Of a DNA stretch of 64,000 bases, positions 22,600-31,907 are shown piece after piece. The position numbers were made by a program, and so were the translations under genes. This stretch comes from Massalongia carnosa (taxonomy: Eukaryota). Position 1 is the stretch's first letter; each line of letters opens with the position of its first letter. The notes under the pieces are model-generated. The model was given only the letters and a program-made list of their open reading frames with translations. It had not been told where the DNA came from and made no database searches. The DNA is taken from positions 2,852,001 to 2,916,000 of the forward strand of contig OZ287067.1 of the NCBI GenBank assembly GCA_965645245.1, written 5' to 3'.

Positions 22600-23510
22600 T
22601 AATTATAAGTAGCAATAACAGGTCAGACGATTTAAACCGAAAAGAGTTTAATGTGCTGTTGGCAGTTGCATTACTAGCTTGTACGCACCCTGGATGAGCA
22701 GTGAAATGGCTGTTTACTAGCAAAGATTTACACAGAGGGGGGGGACGGTCAGGGGGGGGGGACGGTCGAGGGGGGATTGTCCCTAAGCATCTCGGAGGAC
22801 GAGGACGAGGATGAAATCCTCTGAGATCAACGGGTACAAATCCGCAAGGCGAGGAATGGAGGAAGAATGGAATAGATGGGGGGTTTCACCTGCCACTTTC
22901 ATCCATCCATTCATCCTTACCGAACTAATTGATGCCAGCCCATAAATACCAAAGAGTATGTCTGTTTCCTTGTTAGTGGTGCTGGGGGATTACTCTAGAG
23001 TTATCTATCTATTGCTGCTGCTTACCTTTCTTCCCTAATTCACCCATATTTCCCCAGAGTATTCCTTTCACTTTATGATAGAACAGGAAAGGTCTCGTGG
23101 TGTTTAACTGGTACGAGTACATATTTACGCACCACATCAAATCGAACCAAAGAGAATTTCAGTTGTGGCGAATATCCACCAAGTTACATACCCCTGTTTC
23201 CCTATTTCCCTTCCTTTTCCCTTCCGATTTCCCTTGTCATTTGCCCTTTTCATTTTCGAAGACGAGAATAATAACATAGACTTATTGTTTCTGAAAGTAC
23301 TCTTTTTTAAAACAACAAAACGCCGGCCGGATAAACTATTTAATTTAATGACGCACTCACCCGGAAAGATCTCCGGAATACTCTCAAGCTTCCAATCCCC
23401 CGCATCATGTGTAACTTCCACCGGTCATCAGACCGACGATAATATCACTCTTGAGAGCAACTACATACTCTTAAAATGATAGCGCCCAAAATACGGAATA
23501 GCGCTCCAGC

Positions 23511-24113
23511 ATGGAGCTTCAAGACCTCTCGAGCCACAGGTCGAAAGAACCGTCAACTGGAAACCCCCTCGGCGAGCAAAGTCTAAAGCCCGACTTGGAG
23601 CAGCGCCCTTCCGGGAATCCTCCAGACCAAGAAATTCAGGCCAGCTCGTCTATTGGCCAACAGTCTATTACCGCCCCGCGCACGACCAATAATCGGCTCT
23701 TCCGCCTCGTCATTCGCATCAGCCCGCAGAAATGGTGGGCCCGCCACATCAGCCTGGTGGTAGCGCACACCTCGCACGCTCCCACCGGCGGCGACCCTCG
23801 CGACTACCTCGCCCTCGAGCGGACGTATCTGGCTTACGTTCGTACGTCCACCGCTGTGGTCCATCTTGGGGTGGTTGTGACGCAGCTATTTGTGCTGAAG
23901 AAGGTGGATCCGAGGACCGGCTCCATTCTGGGAGCGGTAGCGACGGGAGGGGGGATCGTAATGACCCTGATTGGGTGCGCGAGGTATTTCAAGCAGCAGA
24001 AACGGCTGACGCATGGGAAGTCGTTCGCGGCCGGATGGGATGTTGTGACCGTGTGGGCTATCGTGGTGGCAATTCTCTCTGCGTTATTTGTGGTTGTGCT
24101 TGCGCAGAAATAA
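23511..24113 (+). CDS. DUF202 (YidH-like) small membrane protein
   Basis: Signature DPRDYLALERTYLAYVRTS followed by three hydrophobic helices; single exon. Confidence 0.85.
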   Translation: MELQDLSSHRSKEPSTGNPLGEQSLKPDLEQRPSGNPPDQEIQASSSIGQQSITAPRTTNNRLFRLVIRISPQKWWARHISLVVAHTSHAPTGGDPRDYLALERTYLAYVRTSTAVVHLGVVVTQLFVLKKVDPRTGSILGAVATGGGIVMTLIGCARYFKQQKRLTHGKSFAAGWDVVTVWAIVVAILSALFVVVLAQK

Positions 24114-24323
24114 AGAAACGGCCTGGTTTCTGGATGGGCTGGTTATGAGCCTTCATGACTCGACGATTGGAAGTGGTCAAACGATATTTGAAAAAGGTTG
24201 AAAATGCATCCAAACGTCTCGTATAACAACCTTCCAGGGGATCAACGCGGACTACGGGGTATATTGCAAACTATGATACATCCTATATACATCACTCCAC
24301 ATGGCGGTAAGGACTCAAAGTTA

Positions 24324-26039
24324 TTAACTTTCCTCCACAGGCTTTGTCTCTTCAGGCTTATATTCCACTCGATGCCAGGAGCACGTCAAATTTCCTCGAA
24401 AATTCCAGTTCGGCTCGTACTCGGCGGGCTGTGTGTTGTATGCCTCGTCCACGGCCTTCACAACAAAACATGTACCGGCATCCTGTCTTAGGACTACCCA
24501 TCTCCATTTTTGCCATGCCCAGGCTTTTGTTCCCTTGGTTTCATTCTCTTCGATCTTTGCTTGATGCCATGTTTTTCCACCATCGGCGCTCACGTCAACA
24601 CGGATTATTCTCCGGCCACCGCCAGAATAGCAGTACCCTTCAACAGCAACGGAATCCTCCTTAAGACCGAATGCTTTAAGAAGTTCGCTGTCTCGTTTTG
24701 ATTGTGCTGAAATATCCCGAACAGAGGTTATGGCGCTCTGCACTGGCATCTCCTGTATCGAAGCCGCGGATTCCCAGTCTGCTTCGTTCGGGGCTACATT
24801 GGGGCCAAAGCATTTGTAGTCTCGGCGCTGCCATTGCGAGGGGGATTCTTCGTCAGATACAATTATTTTATTTACCCACTTGACACTTCGTGCTGCAACG
24901 GTTCCAGGTACCAGCACGCGAATAGGGTAGCCATGATCGGGTGGAAGAGGCTTGCCGTTCATCTCATATGCCAGAAGAACATCACCACGCTTATCGACGG
25001 CCGTTTCAATCGGTATTGAGGATCCATATGCTTCAATTCCCATAAACTGAGCATGCTTGACTTCGCTTGGTGCATCGTCCACTGGGAAGCCGGCATCAGC
25101 CAAGACATCTCGCAAACGGACTCCAGTCCATTCTGCATTCGATATACCTCCAACCTTCCATTTAACACCTTTGGTGGGCCTAGCCTTCTCGGACATGTGG
25201 GTTCTTCGATTACCTGAGCACTGCAGCGTTGCAGTTATTGTAACTTCTTCGAATTTGTCTTTAAGGTCTTTCAATGTATACACCTTTTCTTCACCACTGT
25301 ACAACTCGACTACTAGCTGATGCTTTGATTCATCTAATTCTGGAACCCACATGTGATTTCTTACATAAAACGTCTCGTTTGGAGTCACAAACGTCGCCAA
25401 TTCCTCCGGTGGTGTCTCCGCATTACAAGGTCGTTCATCCAGGATTCGCAGCCTTTTATCTCTCACCGGGTCGTTCTTGAACGGGTCATCGATATTTTCA
25501 GCCGGAACTCGACCATTCACTAAATCTTTAGGATCGATATCTCCGATGTAATAATCTTCCAATATATCGTACACTTCTTGCTTCTTATGTATACTAAAGA
25601 TGTTCCAGTACGGGTCCACAGCGCCCCCCGCCGCGCGTAGAATCACTTCACCGCCAGGGTGACCGGATATCCAGTCGGTGATGTCGTAAACCCGAGCACC
25701 TCTCGTTACCCATTTGGCTTCAGCATTCCGGCCGTGGTTCTTGACCTCCTCAAGCCTGATTTTGCGTGTTGGAGGGTCTTCTTCTAGAGGAGGAGCTTCT
25801 GCATGTGCTGTTAAGGGATAGACGATGAAAGCAAAGGTTGCGCATGTGGCGAAAATACTTGCTCCAAGTATTTTGGGACCAAATGCTATGGGTTTGCTCC
25901 ACGCGACGTGCTCCGTTACGTTGGAATGTGAGGTGTACTTGGCATGAACGATTCCGATTCTAGAAATTGCGCGGTTACTGGTGAGGGGTGTAGCCCTCGT
26001 AGCCTTGGTAATGATAGCTGCTTGAAGTCTTTGATTCAT
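24324..26039 (-). CDS. Sulfite oxidase (molybdoenzyme; probable mitochondrial presequence, cytochrome b5, Moco and dimerisation domains)
   Basis: VYDITDW..HPGG heme-b5 motif, FYVRNH, TLQCSGNRR, DHGYPIR, ARSVKW, YSGGGRRIIRVDVS, WNFRG; single exon, 571 aa. Confidence 0.95.
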   Translation of the reverse strand: MNQRLQAAIITKATRATPLTSNRAISRIGIVHAKYTSHSNVTEHVAWSKPIAFGPKILGASIFATCATFAFIVYPLTAHAEAPPLEEDPPTRKIRLEEVKNHGRNAEAKWVTRGARVYDITDWISGHPGGEVILRAAGGAVDPYWNIFSIHKKQEVYDILEDYYIGDIDPKDLVNGRVPAENIDDPFKNDPVRDKRLRILDERPCNAETPPEELATFVTPNETFYVRNHMWVPELDESKHQLVVELYSGEEKVYTLKDLKDKFEEVTITATLQCSGNRRTHMSEKARPTKGVKWKVGGISNAEWTGVRLRDVLADAGFPVDDAPSEVKHAQFMGIEAYGSSIPIETAVDKRGDVLLAYEMNGKPLPPDHGYPIRVLVPGTVAARSVKWVNKIIVSDEESPSQWQRRDYKCFGPNVAPNEADWESAASIQEMPVQSAITSVRDISAQSKRDSELLKAFGLKEDSVAVEGYCYSGGGRRIIRVDVSADGGKTWHQAKIEENETKGTKAWAWQKWRWVVLRQDAGTCFVVKAVDEAYNTQPAEYEPNWNFRGNLTCSWHRVEYKPEETKPVEES

Positions 26040-26720
26040 TGCTACCGGGGTATTTTGGAATTGCCCTTACAAGTCTGGAACGCAAATCACTTTGATCCTA
26101 ACATTAACGCCAATGAAATCATGCACCATTGAGCAACTATACAACAGAAAATAAACAAACACAACAAAAACCGAGAAAGGAGCGATCCGATAGCGACAGG
26201 TGGCGAAGAGAAGATGAAGCTCGATGAAGCTTCTCGGTGTTGCAGATTGATGGTTTCGTTCATCGTTCTTTGTACTACGAAGTACCTTGTATCGATCCAA
26301 GTACTCTGTACAGAGTACTGCGTATCACCAATCGATTTCATGATCTCATTCCCTCCAGTTAAAGGAAAGGAATTGTGGGACCTACAGGGCGCCAATGGTG
26401 TGCGTTCGCGAGCCGTCACTAGTTGCCAAGCTAGCTAGTTTGAGGATTGACGTATCCTCTAAACTTCATTGAGTTAGCTGTACTCCGTAGTCATGCGCGG
26501 AAACGCCTCGCGTGTCTAGTCCCACCACGTCAACCTAACCTTTCTCTTTACCGAGCACTTCTCCAACTCTCCAGACATCAGCCCTAGGCTTCTCGCTCAC
26601 AGAGTATTTTATTTGCCTCTCAAATCTGGGTTAAACCTAGTACTCTGTACTTTACAGAGCGAACATGCCAGAAGGTCTAAGAAGATCCGACTGCTTGCCC
26701 TTGCTTTGACCTTCTGCGAG

Positions 26721-28437
26721 ATGCCGTCTTCAACTGCCCTTTCGCGGATATTACGTACATCGCGCTCATCACTTCAAGCTGGCATCGCCACACAGAGGCC
26801 CACCCAAGCCCGGAGTGGTCAACGCAAGATTCCAAACCAGCAGCGCCCATTGCAACCAGTACCTCCGAATCGACCCCCTCCCCAACTCCCACCTCAAGCT
26901 TCAAGCTCAAGCCTGTCGACGACCTATGCGGTCTCGACCGCTTTGCGAGATGCCAGCCTCCAAGACAATAATCTCCTCGCACCCGTTCATGTTCCTGAAG
27001 ATCCGGATGGTGTGCTTAACGAAAAGCACCCAGCAGCAAAATTGCTGGCAAATTCGTCCATTGTGGTTCAGAGACAGCTGGAGCTAATCAATCTCTTGGT
27101 GGGATTCGAGCAAGCAAACAAATATATTATTATGGATCCACAGGGTAATCATATCGGGTATATGGCGGAGCGAGAGATAGGAATGGGTAATTTGATGGCG
27201 AGGCAGATGTTCAGCACGCATCGCAGCTTTGAGACGCACGTGTTTGATAAGTTTGAGAGAGAGGTTTTGCGGGTATGCCGGTTGAATGGTTTGGAGGAAG
27301 AAATGTGCTAAGCCTGTTTGCTAGTTTCACCGACCTTTTTCGTGGATATCTTCACGCATCGGTGTTTACGACCCTTTGAATCTTGCATCAGGTTCTCACT
27401 CATCATCTACCGCATTGGCTTACGCGAACCCGAGCTCCGGATCAAATGGCGCATCCACGAAAGTGTCGCAACTAGCCCTTCTTGATATGCGCGTCATTGG
27501 TGAAGCCCAACAGCAATGGGCTCCCCTTCGCAGGAAGTACAACCTCTTCCTTTTCCGTCGATCTCCGCCCCCAAAAACGAGCCTAGATACACCAAAGTTC
27601 TTACCGGGAGATCACTCGCTTTCCCAGTCTCAGCAACTTCAGGTGTCTCAAGCACCAAAAGGGGACATAGGGGATCCATACAGTCAGTTTGCTTATGTTG
27701 ACGAACCGTTTCTGTCGTGGGACTTCTCCCTCCTCTCTGCTGATGCCCAGCTCATTGGCTCAGTGAACCGAAACTTTGCAGGCTTCGGTCGTGAAATCTT
27801 CACAGATACAGGTGTTTACGCCCTGCGCATGGATGCTGCCGGGTTGGCAGACGAACCCCGACATCTGATATCCAAGACGGGCGAGAAACATAAACTTGCA
27901 CAAAAGACAACCAACGCAGGAATGACGCTTGATCAACGGGCAGTCATGCTTGCGACCGCTGTAAGCGTCGATTTCGATTATTTCAGCCGTAAAAGCGGAG
28001 TCGGTGGCGGTTTCTTGCCATTATGGTTCCCCGGTATGGGAGGCGGGGAAGCGGCAGGTGGAGTTGCCGGAGCGGAAGCGGCCGGTGGTGCAGTAGAAGG
28101 AGGAACTGGGGCTGTGGGAAACCTAGCGAGAGGAGCTGGAGCAGTTGGCGAAGGAGCTGCAGTGGGGGCTGGCAGTGTAGCAGGGTACGAGGCCACGCAA
28201 AGAGGTACATATGGTAATGATGTTTCCTCAGCTACTGGACAGGCGCAAGCTCCAGCATCTTCAAATGCCCCGCACTCGACTCAACCTGGTCAAGGTGAGG
28301 ATGTCTGGGGAGAAGAGACCAATCCTTGGTCAGGAGGTTCAGGTGAACCTGGTCAAGGAAGGGCGAGCAGTGGTGGAGGCCATGATGGAGGCGGTGATGA
28401 GGGAGGAGATGGGTTTGACATCAGCGATTGGTTTTGA
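26721..28437 (+). CDS. AIM25: Phospholipid scramblase family protein (Aim25-like); 2 exons
   Basis: IVVQRQLE..N..GFEQANKY, RQMFSTHRSF, FHRPFSWI, QWAPLRRKYNLF, VDEPFLSWDF, REIFTDTG, LDQRAVMLATAVSVDFDYFSR. Intron 27273-27324. Start codon is a best guess. Confidence 0.9.
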
Positions 28438-28720
28438 ACGCAGCATGGTTGGTTTCTAACGGCTTTACTATCTTGAGCCATGGCGCATGAGCGGAAACTA
28501 GAAAGAAGGCATGAATTTTCTCCAACACTGGTCACTCTCTTGAGCCACGGGCTGATCAGAAGCCCTAATAGCTAATAGGAACAGAATATCGGTCGACCCG
28601 ACTTGGTAACCCCAGCCAAGCGACAAGTCAGCCACAGCGACAAGCTTATGATCTGTGTTGGGAAGGAAGACCTTTTTCTCACAAAAAAGGAAAACCTCGC
28701 GAGTAGACTCTCGATAGGAC

Positions 28721-30453
28721 GATGGAGAAATCAAGGCATCGTCAGTAAACTCCTTAAGCATCCAATCAAGCTTCTCTGCATCAACGACAGTTGCAGTCGT
28801 GGTTAAGAACCCTAATCCTGGTGCAGCATTCACCAACACATTCTCACCATTTGAGTATGAGAAAGAGGACCAACGCTCAAGAGATGAGGTCCAGAACATC
28901 TTACCGCCGCCATTACGACCGCCGCTTCTACGAATCTTCAGCGACGACGTTATTGCTAAAATTGAAACTGTTTTTCACTCCATCGTTGACAGCTTACGCC
29001 AAAAGCAGGAGCACATTTCCATACCTATACGAGTCAAGAAACAGCCGCCCCCATTTCGCACGAGTCCCTTTCCACCCATTTCTACGGCACCAACGTGGAC
29101 GGAAGTCCTGGTGCGGTTTCCGGGCTGCAATATCCGTGAGGCTTGGAGGTTCAGTACGTCGCTGTCAAGAATGCTGCAAGGGTTTCCCCTAAAGGCTGAC
29201 AATGGGCTGGGTCAGCTGTGCTGTATTGCGTTCTACAGCTCGTACATGAAGCGCTGGTGAAGAATATTGTAATTTCGAAGAGGCGAGATAGATCCATTGC
29301 ATTGTTGTTATTATGCCGCTTCTCACAGTGCTAATGTTTGTACAACAGAAACATCTACTACAAGGACCCCGCACTTTTCAAGTCGCAGGTTGTGGTGGAT
29401 CGGTATGTTGACATTCTAGCGTTTACGTTCGGCGTTCAGAGAGCTGCTCTCAACGTGGTTGGTGACTCCATCTCGTCCACGGAATATTATGCCTAATTTT
29501 CCTTCCCTGTCAAGACAGCCGCCGCTAAAGGCCTGGTGGCTGGCACGTTTATCGTGACTCACAAGGATGGCACGGTGAATTTAAAGGGATCCGTTTCAAC
29601 TGTAAGAAAAACCAGCCATGGCTCTTCGAGCCGGGGGCTTACTTGGCTAGGTCCTGCTTATTGACGAAGTCGACGATATTCTAAGTATAGATGCATCACA
29701 TGTTGCGTGGGTTCTCGTAATTGAGAAAGAGGTCGGCTCTCCCCTTACTTCATCACATGAAAGACTTAACACATTTCAGTCTACCTTTAGAACCCTAGTG
29801 TCAAGCAAATTCCATCAGACCTCCAAAGCGGGTCAAGGTATCCTCATTACCGTAACCTCCCACAAGCACGAATGTCCAGGCTTCTTCATCCGCTGACCAA
29901 CATATTCCAGGCGAAAGGGTACCCCGACCTTTGCAGCCGCGCGTTCCTCCACCACCTCTCCATACCCATTACCGGGCACGCATCGCCGCCTCCCATATAT
30001 GCGCTCATGGATCTCGACCCCGACGGTATCAGTATCATGTCTACCTACAAATATGGCTCCTGGAAACTCTCGCACGAGAATGCCGGCCATACCGTCCTTG
30101 CGTTGAGCTGGCTGGGCCTTAAGAGCGAAGACCTTTTGCACCCCACCAGTCACGGATCTGAGCCCACGGTGAGTTTGGACGGGGAGAATTTGGGACGTCG
30201 TCCATTGTCGGTTCGCGACAGGAAGAAAGCGGCGGGGATGCTGAAGAAATGCATCTGGGCGGAAGATGGGTTGGAGGCGGGGTGGAGGAGGGAGATGCAG
30301 GTTATGTTAATGGTGGGAATTAAGGTTGAGATGGAGATTTTAGCGGAGCGGCTGGGGGGGTTGGAAGGGTGGGTTGAGGGCAAATTGCTTGCAGGGGAGG
30401 TGAGGATAACTAATATTGTGGATGATGTGCGCCTGACGGGCTGCGGTGTCTGA
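28721..30453 (+). CDS. SPO11: Meiotic double-strand-break transesterase Spo11 (Topo VI-A family); at least 6 introns; 5' end unresolved
   Basis: Spliced motifs SKR|NIYYKDP, VVDRYVDILAFTF...LNV|TAAAKGLVAG, VLVIEKE|STF, GILIT|AKGYPD, ALMDLDPDGISIMSTYKYGS, REMQVML..IKVEME. Introns at ~29154, 29283, 29458, 29602, 29732, 29852. Confidence 0.93.
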
Positions 30454-30809
30454 AAAGGAGAATCGGTTGGAAAATCAGCACCCTTGGGCTTGAGTTCAAG
30501 CATTTGCTCCGAGATTTAGTGGATCGCTCAAATAAAACCGGCTGATAGGGAAAATGCTAGCCTCGCAAAGATCTCTATATCGAAAGGTGTCCTATCTGAC
30601 TCCGATTAAGTGAAATTCAGCGCCGATTGCTCCTTGCATACCGTCACGTCCCCCATCAAAAACATCCACTAGCTCTCTTCTAAAATAACAACCCTCGCAT
30701 CAGCCTCCCACCCCTCTTTCTCACTCCAGTTTCCACCACACAACCCCCCGGGCCTTTCCTTAACTCCAACCTACCCAACCCAAAACCCAGCCTACCAACC
30801 ACTCCCTTC

Positions 30810-31319
30810 CTAAGCCCCCAACCCTAACCCCCTCCTTACCCCCTCCCTCACCACCCTCTCAAACTCCCCCCGGCGCTCCCGCCACATCTTCGCCGCCTCC
30901 ACGTTGGCGGGACTCTCATCGTTCGGCTCGGCCAGCATGCTCATGACGCTGATGAGGATCTTCTCCGTGCTCTGGATGGGGCTCCACCGCTCGCTCGCCT
31001 GCTCGTAGTGCATCGGGTCCTCGCCTGGCGCGTGCAGGATGCTGATGCAGACCTCGCCACTGGCGTACACGTTCGGGTGGAACATCTCGCACTGGAACCG
31101 CATCGTCGGCGGCGAGTGCGGATAGTCCGGCGGGAAGGTCAGCGTGGCGGGGAAGAGCCCGCCCGCGTACGGCGTGCCGGGCGGACCGGCGATCAACGCT
31201 TCCCAGAGGAGGAGGTTGGATTCGGAGATGGGCCCCGCGGTTATGCCGTCCGGGGGGGAGGATGTGAGGAGCTTGTATTCGTGGAAAAGACGCTTGGAGG
31301 CGATGGCGGAGATGGCCAT
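30810..31319 (-). CDS. UBC7: Ubiquitin-conjugating enzyme E2 Ubc7 (UBE2G), 169 aa, intronless
   Basis: MAISAIASKRLFHEYK...GITAGP, FHPNVY..GEVCISILHAPGEDP.HYEQASERWSPIQS.EKILISVMSMLAEPNDESPANVEAA, including the Ubc7-type acidic loop. Confidence 0.96.
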   Translation of the reverse strand: MAISAIASKRLFHEYKLLTSSPPDGITAGPISESNLLLWEALIAGPPGTPYAGGLFPATLTFPPDYPHSPPTMRFQCEMFHPNVYASGEVCISILHAPGEDPMHYEQASERWSPIQSTEKILISVMSMLAEPNDESPANVEAAKMWRERRGEFERVVREGVRRGLGLGA

Positions 31320-31907
31320 TTTGGGGATGGGGAGGGGTTTATGTTTGGTTGTGGAGCCCGGGGGGGGGGGTTGCGATGTTGTTGTGATATTGATTTGGGA
31401 TTTGAGAGGAGGATGATGATGATGATTATGATGATGTTGTTTTGTATCGAAGAACTTTTGAAATTGTTGGCTTTCTTTCACTTTCACCTTCGCTGATCGT
31501 GATCATGTGAAAACTAAAATGCACTGAACCATAACATGCTTGAGTACTTAATCTTCGACTCCCGTTCTACTTTCGTCTCCGAATCTATCACTTTTCTTCG
31601 TCGGTTAAATCGTGAGTTTCAGAGTTTGGGATCTATTCTACATATCCTATTACCCCTGAGGAAACTCTGTTTGTGTACTGTACTATTAATAGCTAGTTTA
31701 TGCTCATGGAGATCGGAAAGAGAACTCATAAAAAACAAGGACGGAGAAAACATCGATGCTACCGCAACCTTCTATATCTTCTAAAGCCGCAAACAAGTCT
31801 AGCTCTATTGACATCTATTTTGCGGGAAATTTTTAAATAAGAACGAAAAGGCCCCTTTATACTCAATGCGAGGCAGCTGTTAAGCCTCTATGCAAAAAAC
31901 CCCCCGG

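Larger units (their letters stand above)
18464..22794 (-). mobile_element. Outer Mutator-like element (MULE), defective, carrying a nested second MULE
   Basis: Imperfect TIRs 18464-18568 (CGAGATGCTTAGGGACA...CAAGCTAG) and 22674-22794. Exact 9-bp TSD GAGGACGAG at 18455-18463 and 22795-22803. Confidence 0.93.
18020..23420 (-). pseudogene. Host pseudogene interrupted by the nested MULE insertion
   Basis: Removing the element plus one TSD gives a continuous frame ...GFVPVDLRGFHPRPRPRPRPNNSPIISWGKNKQEFGYNLLDS*EGG...GEVLREGVLRIRAV*GL... An upstream GTAAGC..CTAAC..CAG intron (~22962-23025) joins in phase. Scattered TAG/TGA/TAA stops. Outer boundaries are approximate. Confidence 0.6.

Noticed and set aside
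31320..31487. His-rich N-terminal extension of UBC7 in the ORF track
   Set aside because: Starts at a non-ATG codon in low-complexity 5' UTR sequence; Ubc7 homology starts at ATG 31319.
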